NCBI GenBank assembly: GCA_963738595.1
Contig: CAVTXF010000002.1
Span: 215,168-279,167 of the forward strand
Direction of reading: 5' to 3'
From: an uncultured Alphaproteobacteria bacterium
GTDB lineage: Bacteria > Pseudomonadota > Alphaproteobacteria > Rhizobiales > Aestuariivirgaceae
Length of the DNA: 64,000 nucleotides
Shown here: in pieces, positions 1 through 9,651 of the stretch
How the letters are laid out: each line of letters opens with the position of its first letter
How positions within the stretch are numbered: the stretch's first letter is position 1
Program-made: the position numbers and the translations under genes
Notes under the pieces: model-generated
What the model was told of the DNA's origin: nothing
Database searches by the model: none
Seen by the model: only the letters and a program-made list of their open reading frames with translations

Positions 1-47
1 GGCATCAAGGGCACGAGCGGCGGTTGCGATATCCTTGTCCGCCAGCA

Positions 48-911
48 TCAGATCACCTCGTCTGCGACTGCATTGCGCAAGGTGCCAATACCGTCAGCCT
101 CCACCTCTATCACATCGCCCGACTTCAGCCAGATGGGCGGATCGAAGCGCGCCCCTGCACCGGTTGGTGTTCCCGTGATGATGACATCGCCTGGCATCAG
201 GGTTGTGAACGTGGAAATGTAATTGATGATCTTGCGGAAGGAGAAAATCATCCGCGAGGTCCTGTCCTGTTGCCGCACCTCGCCATTGACGCGGGTGGTG
301 AGCTTTATGTCAGCCAATTGCGATTCATCCGTATACGGAACAAGCCACGGACCCATGGAACCTGAGCGATCAAAGTTCTTGCCTTGGGTCACATTGAACT
401 TGGCGTGGCGCACCCAGTCGCGCAAGGTGCCCTCATTGCACAGTGAAAGCGCTGCAATATGAGACAATGCGGTTTTTTCCGGAATGCGACGGCCTGCCCT
501 GCCGATGACAATGACGATTTCGCCTTCATAGTCGAGTTGCACTGATTCAGGTGGGCGGATCAGGGCCTGATTGTGGCCCACAAACGAGCGCGGGAAGCGG
601 ATGAACAATGATGGATTGGAAGGAGCGGCCTGATTGTCCTTGTACTCTTCATTGCGATCCGGAAAATTGACGCCAACGCAGATGATTTTTTCCGGACGTG
701 CCAGCGGAATGCTGAAGGAAACTTCATCCAATTTGTAGGTTACGGGTTTTCCTCGAAGATCGCTACCCAACCTCGACAATGCGTCTGCCTCCACCACAGC
801 CTGAAGCGTCGGCCACTTTTCGGTCGAGGCCACGATAATGCCGGCCTCGGTCCATAATCCATAACCACTTTTTGACTTGTGCTCAAAACTGACAAATCTT
901 TGGTGGTTCAT
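48..911 (-). CDS. Fumarylacetoacetate hydrolase family protein (HpaG-like isomerase/decarboxylase of the homoprotocatechuate pathway)
   Basis: FAH motifs KIICVGVNF, DYEGEIVIVIG, CNEGTLRDW, QGKNF, GDVIITGTPTG; 4-nt overlap with the decarboxylase stop; last visible gene of the hpa operon. Confidence 0.88.
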   Translation of the reverse strand: MNHQRFVSFEHKSKSGYGLWTEAGIIVASTEKWPTLQAVVEADALSRLGSDLRGKPVTYKLDEVSFSIPLARPEKIICVGVNFPDRNEEYKDNQAAPSNPSLFIRFPRSFVGHNQALIRPPESVQLDYEGEIVIVIGRAGRRIPEKTALSHIAALSLCNEGTLRDWVRHAKFNVTQGKNFDRSGSMGPWLVPYTDESQLADIKLTTRVNGEVRQQDRTSRMIFSFRKIINYISTFTTLMPGDVIITGTPTGAGARFDPPIWLKSGDVIEVEADGIGTLRNAVADEVI

Positions 912-2323
912 GGCGATAGTCTCCGCGATACTTCTGTGATGACGTGCAAGGCCATGTCGGCATCCGCTTCCATCATGTCGAATGATCCCGCCTGAAAGCG
1001 GATCGCAATTTCGCCGTCCACTTTAGTCTGGGTGAGATAGATGCGGCCGTCATCATTGATGGCGTTGACCAGTTCGAGATTGTGTTTGTCGAGATCTGCA
1101 ACGTTCTTTGGTTCATGACGGAATGAAAACAACGACAGCATTGGCTTACTGGTGATTCTGAAATTCGCGACACGCGCCAGTTTTTCCGCCAGGCATTCTG
1201 ACCACTTGACATGATTGCGGATCATGCCGCGCAATCCCTCCAAGCCATAGGCCCGCAGCAGAAACCAGATTTTCAAGGCACGAAAGCGGCGGCCCAAGGG
1301 AACCGTCCATTCCGAGTAATTGATCAAGCCATCGTGGCCATGAGTCTTGAGATATTCCGGCTGGATGGCCAGTGTTTTGACAAGACTCTTGGCATCGCGA
1401 ACGAAATGGATGGAGCAATCGAACTGCGCGCCAAGCCACTTGTGCGGATTGAAAACAATCGAGTCGGCATTTTCAATGCCGGCCCAGAAGTGCCGGTATT
1501 CCGGGCAGATCATGGCGGAACCCGCCCATGCGGCATCAACGTGAACGTAGAGCCCGTGACGTTTGGCCACTTCGCATACACTTGCAATATCATCGGTTGC
1601 GCCGATGCTGGTGCCGCCGACGCAGGCTATAAGTCCGGCTGGCATATGTCCCGATTTCTTGTCGGCCACAATAGCTGCTTCAAGCGCTGTGATATCCATG
1701 CCGCGCCTTTCACCGGTGACGGGAATGCGGACCAGATTGTCTTCGCCGATGCCCGACACCCAGATGGCGCGGTCAATCGAGGTATGAACCTGGCCGGAAC
1801 AATAGACGCGCAGTTGTGGGTTTTGTGCCAGCCCCTGTTTGTTGCCGCGCCATTGCAATGCCTTCTCGCGCATGACCAATACGGCAGACAGTGTCGCCGA
1901 CGAGGCCGAGTCCTGGATGACGCCGGAGAATGCATCGGGCAGGCCCACGGCGCGGCGCAACCAGTCTATCACGCGGGTTTCAAGTTCAGTCGCTGCGGGC
2001 GACGTTTGCCACAGCATGCATTGCGCACCCATGGCGGCAACGAGTTGCTCGGCTATCACCGAGGCGGGTGCCGCATTGGCCGGAAAATAGGCGAAGAAGC
2101 GAGGGTGCTGCCAATGGGTCATGCCGGGCATGATGATGTTTTCGAAATCGGCAAAGATCGCTTCCATCGTCTCGGCGGATTCCGGCGGATCGGCAGGTAG
2201 TGCTTTGTATGTGTCGCCGGGTTTGTTTTGTGCCCGTACGGGGCGATCACGCAAGTTCGCGCGATAATCGGCGCTCCAGTCTGCGGCCTTGTGACCCCAT
2301 ATGCGAAACGCTTCGTTGTCCAT
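908..2323 (-). CDS. PLP-dependent aromatic L-amino acid decarboxylase (group II, DOPA/tyrosine decarboxylase family)
   Basis: PGMTHWQHPRFFAYFP, SPAATELE, HVDAAWAG, PLP-lysine motif FNPHKW, PLGRRFRALK; start overlaps the hpaD stop. Confidence 0.93.
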   Translation of the reverse strand: MDNEAFRIWGHKAADWSADYRANLRDRPVRAQNKPGDTYKALPADPPESAETMEAIFADFENIIMPGMTHWQHPRFFAYFPANAAPASVIAEQLVAAMGAQCMLWQTSPAATELETRVIDWLRRAVGLPDAFSGVIQDSASSATLSAVLVMREKALQWRGNKQGLAQNPQLRVYCSGQVHTSIDRAIWVSGIGEDNLVRIPVTGERRGMDITALEAAIVADKKSGHMPAGLIACVGGTSIGATDDIASVCEVAKRHGLYVHVDAAWAGSAMICPEYRHFWAGIENADSIVFNPHKWLGAQFDCSIHFVRDAKSLVKTLAIQPEYLKTHGHDGLINYSEWTVPLGRRFRALKIWFLLRAYGLEGLRGMIRNHVKWSECLAEKLARVANFRITSKPMLSLFSFRHEPKNVADLDKHNLELVNAINDDGRIYLTQTKVDGEIAIRFQAGSFDMMEADADMALHVITEVSRRLSP

Positions 2324-3303
2324 CAGGGTGCCACGATGGGTTGGGCCTTGAGCACGGCGTCTTGCGGTTCGATGCCTTCAAATAAAGTTCCCTCTTCGAA
2401 CCAGGACCTTGGTGCTGGCGCGCCCCACAGGGTTTGACGTTGTGGATCTTTCAGGTCCCATTTGATTGGTTCAAGATCGGGATCAACAGTGAGATAGTCG
2501 GAGCAGTAGATTTCAATGCGGTGGCCATCGGGATCTCTCACATAGAGAAAAAAAGCGTTTGAGATGCCGTGGCGGCCGGGGCCGCGCTCGATATTGGCGA
2601 GATAGCCGGTGGTCGACATGAGATCGAGTAGATCAATGATGTTCAATGGCGTTGGCACCCAAAAGGCCACATGATGAAGACGGGGACCGCGGCCATTGGT
2701 GAAGGCCATGTCATGCACGCCACCCTTGCGGTGCATCCAGGCGGCCCATAGTTTTTTCGAAGCATCGTCTTCGGTGTATTCGGTGACGCGAAAACCCATG
2801 GCGTTATAGAAGGCAACGGAGTCATCGACGCTTTGCGAGAAGCAGTTGAAGTGGTCAATGCGCAGCGGCTTCACGCCCTTGTAGAGCGCATATTTCTGGT
2901 GAATGTTCGGCAGCCTGTCCATCGTTGCATAGAATTCGATGGGGACGCCTTGCGTGTCGCTGGCAAGAAGCGTGCGGCCCTGATGCGGGCGCGTGACCCA
3001 CGAGGTTTTGCGGCCCTGCGCTTCAAACCAGACTTTCGCCTTGTCGAGATCACCTTCGCTGTACACCTTGAAACCGAGCACGCGGGCGCAAGGCCTGTCG
3101 CCCTTGGTGAGGATCAGACAGTGATGGCCGCGTTCTTCCATGGCGCGCAAATAGATGTGCGAAGAGTCTTCAGCGGTGACTTGCAGGCCCAGAGTATCCG
3201 CATAAAAGGCGCGGGACTTTTTCAGGTCGGTCACGACGAGCTCAACGTGGCTCAGGCGCACCACGTTGAAGTCGGGATAGAGATTGGGTTTGGGCACGGG
3301 CAT
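2323..3303 (-). CDS. hpaD: 3,4-dihydroxyphenylacetate (homoprotocatechuate) 2,3-dioxygenase, VOC family
   Basis: RLSHVELVV, RIDHFN, HRKGGVHDMAF, ERGPGRHGISNAFFLY, DPDGHRIEIY, WGAPAPRSWF are typical of HPCD; hpa context. Confidence 0.95.
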   Translation of the reverse strand: MPVPKPNLYPDFNVVRLSHVELVVTDLKKSRAFYADTLGLQVTAEDSSHIYLRAMEERGHHCLILTKGDRPCARVLGFKVYSEGDLDKAKVWFEAQGRKTSWVTRPHQGRTLLASDTQGVPIEFYATMDRLPNIHQKYALYKGVKPLRIDHFNCFSQSVDDSVAFYNAMGFRVTEYTEDDASKKLWAAWMHRKGGVHDMAFTNGRGPRLHHVAFWVPTPLNIIDLLDLMSTTGYLANIERGPGRHGISNAFFLYVRDPDGHRIEIYCSDYLTVDPDLEPIKWDLKDPQRQTLWGAPAPRSWFEEGTLFEGIEPQDAVLKAQPIVAP

Positions 3304-3305
3304 GA

Positions 3306-4823
3306 TCAGCCTCCGAGCTGTGGAATTGAATGTTGCGAAGTGGCGAAGGAGACATTCTTGGTTTCCATGTAGAAATCAAATGACCAGTCGCCGCCATCAC
3401 GGCCGATACCGGAATTTTTCACGCCGCCAAAGGGAGTGGGCAAATGGCGGAGGTTTTCTGAATTCACCCAGATCATGCCGGCCTGCAGGGCGCTGCTGAA
3501 ACGAAAGGCGCGCGTGACATCTGAGGTCCAGAGATAGCCTGTCAAACCATATTGCACATCATTGGCTATGGCCAGCGCCTCGGCTTCATCCTTGAAGGGA
3601 ATGGATGTGAGCACAGGGCCAAAGATTTCTTCCTGTGCTATGCGCATAGCGTTGGTTGCATTGGTGAACAGCGTGGGTGCCACATAGCATCCGCCACCCG
3701 GACCATCGACCTTGGTGCCGCCTGCGCCGAGCGTGGCACCTTCGGCTTTTCCGATGGCGATGTAGTCCAGCACTTTCTTTTCGTGCACTGGATGGATGAG
3801 GGGGCCGACCACGGTTGAAGGATCAAGCGGATGACCCACCTTGATGCGCCTGGCCTTCTCTGCCACCATTTTGGTAAACTTGTCGTAGATTGATTGCTCG
3901 ACGAGCAACCGCGATGATGAGGTGCAGCGTTCACCGTTGAGTGAATAGATCATGAAGACGGCAGCATCGGCGGCGCGTTCCAGATCTGCATCTGCGAACA
4001 CGATCACGGGGTTTTTTCCGCCAAGTTCGAAATGGACGCGCTTCAAGGTATCCGCACCTTGCTTCATGATCATGCTGCCCGTGCGGCTTTCACCGACAAA
4101 GCCTATGGCCTTGATGTCAGCATGCTGGGTCAAGGCCTTGCCTGCGTCTTCGCCCATGCCGTTGACGAGATTCCACACGCCTTTCGGCAAGCCGGCCTGC
4201 TCAGCTATCTCGACGAGCAGACGTGCTGACAGGGGCGAAAATTCCGCAGGCTTGTGAACGAGGGTGCAGCCCGCAGCCAAGGCTGGCGCGATTTTCCAGG
4301 TCGACAACATGAACGGCGTATTCCAAGGCGTGATGATGCCGACGGGACCAATGGGTGAGCGCGATGTCATGTTCACCTGGCCGGGCGCGTTCAATACCTT
4401 GCCGTCGCGCGCTTCGGGGGCACGATCCGCGAAGAACCGGAAATTCTCTGCTCCGCGCAGTGCGGCTTTCGACATGAACCTGATGGCCTGGCCTGTGTCC
4501 ATTGCTTCCACAAAAGCGATTTCATCGGCGCGGGCCACAATGGCGTCGGCAATCTTGTGCAGCAGCGCCTTGCGCTTGTCGCCATCCATCGCCGCCCAGG
4601 CAGGGAATGCGGCTTTCGCCGCTTTGGCTGCCTTGTCGATGTCGGCTGCCTTGCCGTGGGCCACGCGTGCGAGCGGCTTTACATCAACGGGCGAGATGAT
4701 TTCGAAAGTCGTGGCGTCGGCAGCCGAAACCGCTTCGCCATTGATGTGGTTCAAAACGCCGTCGCGCTTGAAGCGTTCAAGGAAGCCGTTGGCGCGTTCG
4801 ATGTTGTCTTCGAGAGTTGTCAT
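3306..4823 (-). CDS. hpaE: 5-carboxymethyl-2-hydroxymuconate semialdehyde dehydrogenase
   Basis: ALDH motifs ITPWNTPF, ELGGKNP, NGERCTSSSR, EEIFGP, PFGGVKNSGIGR; adjacent to hpaD. Confidence 0.94.
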   Translation of the reverse strand: MTTLEDNIERANGFLERFKRDGVLNHINGEAVSAADATTFEIISPVDVKPLARVAHGKAADIDKAAKAAKAAFPAWAAMDGDKRKALLHKIADAIVARADEIAFVEAMDTGQAIRFMSKAALRGAENFRFFADRAPEARDGKVLNAPGQVNMTSRSPIGPVGIITPWNTPFMLSTWKIAPALAAGCTLVHKPAEFSPLSARLLVEIAEQAGLPKGVWNLVNGMGEDAGKALTQHADIKAIGFVGESRTGSMIMKQGADTLKRVHFELGGKNPVIVFADADLERAADAAVFMIYSLNGERCTSSSRLLVEQSIYDKFTKMVAEKARRIKVGHPLDPSTVVGPLIHPVHEKKVLDYIAIGKAEGATLGAGGTKVDGPGGGCYVAPTLFTNATNAMRIAQEEIFGPVLTSIPFKDEAEALAIANDVQYGLTGYLWTSDVTRAFRFSSALQAGMIWVNSENLRHLPTPFGGVKNSGIGRDGGDWSFDFYMETKNVSFATSQHSIPQLGG

Positions 4824-5206
4824 GTGGTGCGCAGCCTTGGGTGCATGGCGTTTTTCTTCCAGCTCAGGTTGCCGTTGATTTCCGTGATCTGGAAACTCAG
4901 GGCAAAGTGTGGCGTTGCGAAGAGAGACGCGAGGTGTTCACTTGCAGCCTTGAAAATATTCTCCCCTGCCTGCCTGAGGTCATCTGTACTGCGGCCCTGG
5001 CCCACCGCAAACTGCATGTCAAGGAAGGCGTTCTCCGGCAACTGATCAGCAATGGCATAGTGATCGGCGGGAAAGGCGCGAACCCTCACAGCACCCAATT
5101 CAAACAATCCTGTTTCCATGATGGCCTTGTGGATGACAGCACAGAACTCCGTCATATCCAATTTGGCCAAGATGTTCGATGAATATTCAATGCGGAAATG
5201 TGGCAT
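4820..5206 (-). CDS. hpaF: 5-carboxymethyl-2-hydroxymuconate isomerase
   Basis: Start reassigned to the ATG at 5206 (MPHFRIEYSSN, Pro-1 tautomerase N-terminus); GAVRVRA, GQGRS, C-terminal WKKNAMHPRL; 128 aa. Confidence 0.9.
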   Translation of the reverse strand: MPHFRIEYSSNILAKLDMTEFCAVIHKAIMETGLFELGAVRVRAFPADHYAIADQLPENAFLDMQFAVGQGRSTDDLRQAGENIFKAASEHLASLFATPHFALSFQITEINGNLSWKKNAMHPRLRTT

Positions 5207-5226
5207 CGGTGTTGACCCTGAATTAC

Positions 5227-5238
5227 TTAACATGTTAA
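5227..5238. promoter_or_regulatory. Perfect palindrome TTAACATGTTAA in the 42-bp hpaF/hpaR divergent gap; candidate HpaR operator
   Basis: Palindrome read directly from the sequence; MarR dimers usually bind short AT-rich inverted repeats between divergent genes. Confidence 0.6.
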
Positions 5239-5248
5239 TTGTTTGGCC

Positions 5249-5713
5249 ATGCCAGTCAAGAGCCAAATCAGGCGCAAACGCGTGAAGCCAAAACAGACGC
5301 GGCGCTCCCTTCCCATGGCGCTGTTGCGGGCGCGCGAGACAGTCATGGAGCAATTTCGGCCGATGCTGGCGCGGCACGAGGTGACGGAGCAGCAGTGGCG
5401 GGTGATCCGCGTTGTGGCCGAAGCAGGCAAGCTTGATGCCAGCGAGGTGGCGGCCCGTGCGTCGATCCTTGCACCAAGCCTGACACGCATGATCCGCGCG
5501 CTTGAATCACGGAAACTCATCAAGCGCCGCAAGGATACGGGTGATGGACGGCGCGTCATTCTCGAAATTGCGGCGGCTGGATCAGCTCTCATTGAACGCG
5601 CCAGCCCCGAGAGCCTCGCTGTATATGACCGGCTTGAGCTTCGGTTTGGCGTGCGGAAACTTGAAACGCTGCTCGATCTTCTCGATGAATTGACAGCAAG
5701 ACCACTGGATTAG
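5249..5713 (+). CDS. hpaR: MarR-family repressor of the homoprotocatechuate operon
   Basis: RSLPMALLRARETVM..FRP.L..H..TEQQWRVIR..SLTRMIRALE; divergent from hpaF; ATG at 5249. Confidence 0.93.
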   Translation: MPVKSQIRRKRVKPKQTRRSLPMALLRARETVMEQFRPMLARHEVTEQQWRVIRVVAEAGKLDASEVAARASILAPSLTRMIRALESRKLIKRRKDTGDGRRVILEIAAAGSALIERASPESLAVYDRLELRFGVRKLETLLDLLDELTARPLD

Positions 5714-6222
5714 CCGCCAAAGCTTCCCGATTGCGTCGGCACGTGTACATAGTGGCGGTCGAAATACAGAAGTGCATGGCCATCAGGCCGCTGCCGGAGG
5801 TCGATGACAGTGCCAATCAGAATGTTGTGGGTGCCGACGCGCTGTATCGCAGAAATCTCGCATGCAAACGAGACAATGGCATTGCGCAGTGCGGGAAGGC
5901 CCGACTTGAAGATGTGCCACTCCGCCGCGTCATAGCGCGTTTTCATGTCGGCCACGCCGCCTGCAAAGCCTGCAGCCAGGTCCTTGTGCTCGGCATGCAG
6001 GACATTCACGCAGAAGGCGTTGTTCCTCACAAACAGATCTGTCTGCGTTGACTTCGCATTCATGCACACGAGCAGTGTAGGGGGTTCATCGGTGACGCTG
6101 CACATGGCCGTTGCGGTAAATCCACCGCGGCCTGCAGGACCATCAGTCGTGACCACATTGACGGGTGCGCATACACGCGCCATGGCATTGCGAAACTCTG
6201 TCCGCGAAACGTGAGGTTCCAC
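5710..6222 (-). CDS. hpaC: Flavin reductase component of 4-HPA 3-monooxygenase
   Basis: FRNAMARV..VNVVTT.GPAGRGGFTATAMCSVTDEPPTLLVC, GTHNILIG, LLYFDR. Confidence 0.92.
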   Translation of the reverse strand: MEPHVSRTEFRNAMARVCAPVNVVTTDGPAGRGGFTATAMCSVTDEPPTLLVCMNAKSTQTDLFVRNNAFCVNVLHAEHKDLAAGFAGGVADMKTRYDAAEWHIFKSGLPALRNAIVSFACEISAIQRVGTHNILIGTVIDLRQRPDGHALLYFDRHYVHVPTQSGSFGG

Positions 6223-6226
6223 CTGG

Positions 6227-7786
6227 CTATTCCGCAGCCTTCAAGTCGGCGTTCCCACTGAGCGGTGGCAACCATGTATCCCCGGTCCAGCCATTCTCAT
6301 CGTAATCACTCATGCACGTGTCGACGAGTTCCTCCATGCGTTTCAGCGTGCCGGTGCGCTCGGCACCCTTCAGCACCTGTACACGCACTTCTTCGGGCGC
6401 ACCGGCATAATTCAGTTCATACAATGCATGGCGCCCACCAAACTCTGTGCCTGTTGCATCCCACAGGAGTTTCATGATCTTGATACGCTCAATATGCCCC
6501 ATGTCGTTGGAGCCACGCACATATTGCGCCAGGTACTTGTTGATTTCCGGATTCTTGAAATCCGCCGCCGAGGACGGAAGATAAATGAGACCCGATGCCA
6601 CGATCTTGCGCACCGTTTCAATCACACGCGGATAGGCTTCCGACATGAATGTGCGGTAGCAAAGGGCTGACTCCATGTTGGGCAGCACAGCGCCACTGGC
6701 CCAGGGTTGCGGGTTATGCGCCATGGCGTTGGAGAAACTCCAGAACATGTGGCGCAGTGCAATCACCTCGCCCAGTGCTGCCTGGTTGCCGCGGAAGGCA
6801 TCTCCGCCGGTGGCGCGCAGGGCCTTGGCCAAAAGACCAGCGAGGAAATCCATCTTCACTGCAAGGCGCGTGCAGCCCTGGAAGCAATAGCCATGCATGA
6901 AGCCCGATGCGGGATGAAACGACAAAATCTTTTGCGCATCACGCAGTACCAAAACATCTTCCCAGGGGATAAACACATTGTCGAGCACGAGGATGGCGTC
7001 GTTCTCGTCAAAGCGTGAGGACAGTGGGTAGTCGAATGGGTGCCCGACAGTATTGGCTGTCTGCTCATAGGACACGCGGCAGATCATCTTGATGCCCGGC
7101 GCGTTCATGGGCACGATGAACATCACGGAAAGCGATGGATCTTCCGTGACTGTCGCTGAACTTTGTGCCAAAAAATTGTAATGAGTGAGCGCTGCCGACG
7201 TAGCCACCACCTTGGCACCCGACACATATATGCCAGCATCAGTTTCCTTGGTGATGTGAACAAACACATCTTTCACGGCATCGGCGGGTTTATGCCGGTC
7301 GATGGGTGGATTGACGATGGCGTGGTTCATGAACAGCACGGATTCCTGGGCGCGCTTGTGCCAGGACAAGGCATTATCCTTGAAGGGGCCATACCAATCG
7401 GCATTGGCACCCAGCGTGTTCATGAGGGCCGCCTTGTAATCCGGCGTGCGGCCCATCCAGCCGTAGCTCATGCGTGACCAATCAGCGATGGCGCTTTGCT
7501 GGGCGACCAGTTCTGCTGAAGATTTTGCCACACGGAAATATTTGTGGGTGTAGCCGCCAGAGCCAGTATCGGTTTCAATTGTCAGCTTTGCCCTGGTCTT
7601 TTCGTCATGCAGGGCATCATAAAGTCGTGCCAATGAGCGGGCGGAATTGCGCATGGCGGGATGGGTCGTCACATCCTTGATGCGCTCGCCGTTGATGAAC
7701 ACGGTCCTGCCATCTTGCAGGCTCTTGAGATATTCAGCGCCGGTAAAGGGGCGTTTCCTGTCGGCTCGAAAATCTTCTGAACGCAT
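6227..7786 (-). CDS. hpaB: 4-hydroxyphenylacetate 3-monooxygenase, oxygenase component
   Basis: N-terminus MRSEDFRA..RPFTGAEYLKSLQDGR closely resembles the enterobacterial HpaB; GRTPDYKA, HAIVNPPIDR, SGAKVVAT, SSRFDENDAIL; 519 aa. Confidence 0.95.
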   Translation of the reverse strand: MRSEDFRADRKRPFTGAEYLKSLQDGRTVFINGERIKDVTTHPAMRNSARSLARLYDALHDEKTRAKLTIETDTGSGGYTHKYFRVAKSSAELVAQQSAIADWSRMSYGWMGRTPDYKAALMNTLGANADWYGPFKDNALSWHKRAQESVLFMNHAIVNPPIDRHKPADAVKDVFVHITKETDAGIYVSGAKVVATSAALTHYNFLAQSSATVTEDPSLSVMFIVPMNAPGIKMICRVSYEQTANTVGHPFDYPLSSRFDENDAILVLDNVFIPWEDVLVLRDAQKILSFHPASGFMHGYCFQGCTRLAVKMDFLAGLLAKALRATGGDAFRGNQAALGEVIALRHMFWSFSNAMAHNPQPWASGAVLPNMESALCYRTFMSEAYPRVIETVRKIVASGLIYLPSSAADFKNPEINKYLAQYVRGSNDMGHIERIKIMKLLWDATGTEFGGRHALYELNYAGAPEEVRVQVLKGAERTGTLKRMEELVDTCMSDYDENGWTGDTWLPPLSGNADLKAAE

Positions 7787-7880
7787 GGCGGAATTCCTCT
7801 CGGTTACAATCTTCTTAGGCGGAATTGCAGATTTCTGAAATTGACAAATCCATCAAATTGATTGTACTTTTTCAGGCACC

Positions 7881-8738
7881 ATGCCCCGCAACAGCATTCC
7901 CAGCTACTTTGTCTATGGAGAGTCTGTCCGCAACCTGGATGTGGGCTTCCTCCATGTTGAACTGGTTTCCACCCGTAAAAGTCTACATCGCGGCAATGTT
8001 GCGGCCCACAAGCATCCGCAACTGGCACAGATCACGTTGTGGACGAAAGGCGGCGGCACCTATCATATAGAAGATTCTTCTTGGACTTTTTCGGTACCCG
8101 CCATCAGCTTTGTGCCAAGCGGCGTTGTGCACGGTTTTGTCGCACGGCCAGGATCAGACGCAATTGTCGTTTCCATCGCAAATGACGCGCTTGACGGGAT
8201 TTTGCGACAACAAGAATCGCCCGCGCTGAAAGCGGTGTTCGTTGACCGGCAGGTGAACAGAAACGACTGGCAGGTCATTCGCACCTTGATGGACTTGCTG
8301 CTGCAGGAATATGGCAGTCTGCGCAGCTATCATACGTCGGTCATGGCGCACTTGATTGGCGCAGTGTTGGGGTACATCGCGCGGCAACAGGTCGCTGCGG
8401 AAGTCTCCATGCCACAACAAGCCTTGTTGGCGCAAAGACTTCAACAGGCCGTGGACCGGAATTTTCGCGAAAAGCTTGCCATCGAAGACTATGTCATTGA
8501 ACTTCATACAACCCATCATCTGCTCGACAAGGCGGCGAAGGCGGCTTTTGCAATGCCTGTGAAGCAATTCGTCCTGCAGCGGCGCCTGCTGGAAGCAAAA
8601 CGCCTCTTGCAGTTCACCATCCGCAGCGCCGAAGACATCGCCCATGAACTGGGCTTCAATGATCCTGCCTATTTCAATCGTGAATTCAAAAAGCAGACAG
8701 GGCTATCGCCAGGCATGTGGCGATCGAAGCGTGGTTGA
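7881..8738 (+). CDS. AraC-family activator (HpaA/PobR-like), divergent from hpaBC
   Basis: N-terminal cupin (HKHPQLAQI, VPSGVVHGF) and C-terminal AraC HTH (RRLLEAKRLL..IAHELGFNDPAYFNREFKK.TG.SP). Confidence 0.88.
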   Translation: MPRNSIPSYFVYGESVRNLDVGFLHVELVSTRKSLHRGNVAAHKHPQLAQITLWTKGGGTYHIEDSSWTFSVPAISFVPSGVVHGFVARPGSDAIVVSIANDALDGILRQQESPALKAVFVDRQVNRNDWQVIRTLMDLLLQEYGSLRSYHTSVMAHLIGAVLGYIARQQVAAEVSMPQQALLAQRLQQAVDRNFREKLAIEDYVIELHTTHHLLDKAAKAAFAMPVKQFVLQRRLLEAKRLLQFTIRSAEDIAHELGFNDPAYFNREFKKQTGLSPGMWRSKRG

Positions 8739-8793
8739 GGTCCATTCAGCGGGCGCGGCTTCGCTCGGGGTCCGGCCCGAACTTGATTGTTTG

Positions 8794-9648
8794 CTATTGC
8801 CGGCGCTTGGTTCGCACCGCTGACATGGTGCGCGACAGATTGTCTTCTGCCGAACTATAGCTTTTTTGTGCCACCGCCATGAAGATGGCATCCATGATGT
8901 TGAGTTGAGCGATGCGCGCTGCGGCATTTTCACTGGTCAGCGGCGAGCCCAGAGCGGTGGAGCATAGGACCACATCGGAGAGTTCTGCCAATGGCGACGA
9001 TTCGTAGTTGGTGAGCGCAATCACGCTTGCGCCCTTGTCGCGCGCAATTTGTGTTGCCTCAAGAACACCGGTGGTGCGCCCCGAATGGGAAAAGGCGACA
9101 ACAACATCGTTCGGATGCAGCAAGGCGGCGGACATCGCCATCATGTGGGTATCGTCCAGCACCGTTGCCCTTGTGCCGATGCGCAGGAACTTGTGAGCGA
9201 CGTCACGGGCGATCTGGGCTGACCCGCCAAGACCGTAGAAGTCCAGCTGCCGCGCCCCGTGAATGAGATCGGCCGCACGGCGAAAACCGGACATGTCGAG
9301 AATCGCCAGTGTTTCTTCGAGAGCCTGAATGGCCGTGCGAAATACTTTCTGCACAATGACCTCTGCGCTGTCGTGCTCGCCCAGGTCCTCATGAAGATCG
9401 ACATTGGGCTGCTTTTTGTAAGCGCTGAGGGCCGCGCGCAACTCCCTGAATCCCGAAAAGCCCAGCCGCTTTGCCGTCTTGACCACCATGGCTTCTGAAA
9501 TATCGGCGTCCGCAGCAACCTGCTTCAAGGGCAGGGGATCGTCGGATGCGCTGCGCAACATCAGTTCGGCAACGCGCGCCTCACTGGGGGTCAGCTCAGG
9601 CAAAAGCATGCGGATACGGGGACCGACGGTGCGGGGATCGTAGTTCAA
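8794..9648 (-). CDS. RpiR/MurR-family regulator (HTH + SIS), resembles AlsR
   Basis: SEAMVVKTAKRLGFSGFREL, FYGLGGS, KFLRIG, FSHSGRT, ARIAQL; TTG start directly after the permease stop. Confidence 0.9.
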   Translation of the reverse strand: MNYDPRTVGPRIRMLLPELTPSEARVAELMLRSASDDPLPLKQVAADADISEAMVVKTAKRLGFSGFRELRAALSAYKKQPNVDLHEDLGEHDSAEVIVQKVFRTAIQALEETLAILDMSGFRRAADLIHGARQLDFYGLGGSAQIARDVAHKFLRIGTRATVLDDTHMMAMSAALLHPNDVVVAFSHSGRTTGVLEATQIARDKGASVIALTNYESSPLAELSDVVLCSTALGSPLTSENAAARIAQLNIMDAIFMAVAQKSYSSAEDNLSRTMSAVRTKRRQ

Positions 9649-9651
9649 GAC

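Noticed and set aside
1211-2200. Long antisense or alternate-frame ORFs (e.g. 1211-2200, 18366-19247, 31160-31996, 33365-34189, 56217-57053, 59544-60662)
   Set aside because: They shadow well-supported genes, have no recognisable motifs and are expected in high-GC DNA.
908-2323. Aromatic aldehyde synthase instead of decarboxylase
   Set aside because: The diagnostic Tyr (PEYLK) and His (QVHTS) are retained; only an assay can exclude it fully.
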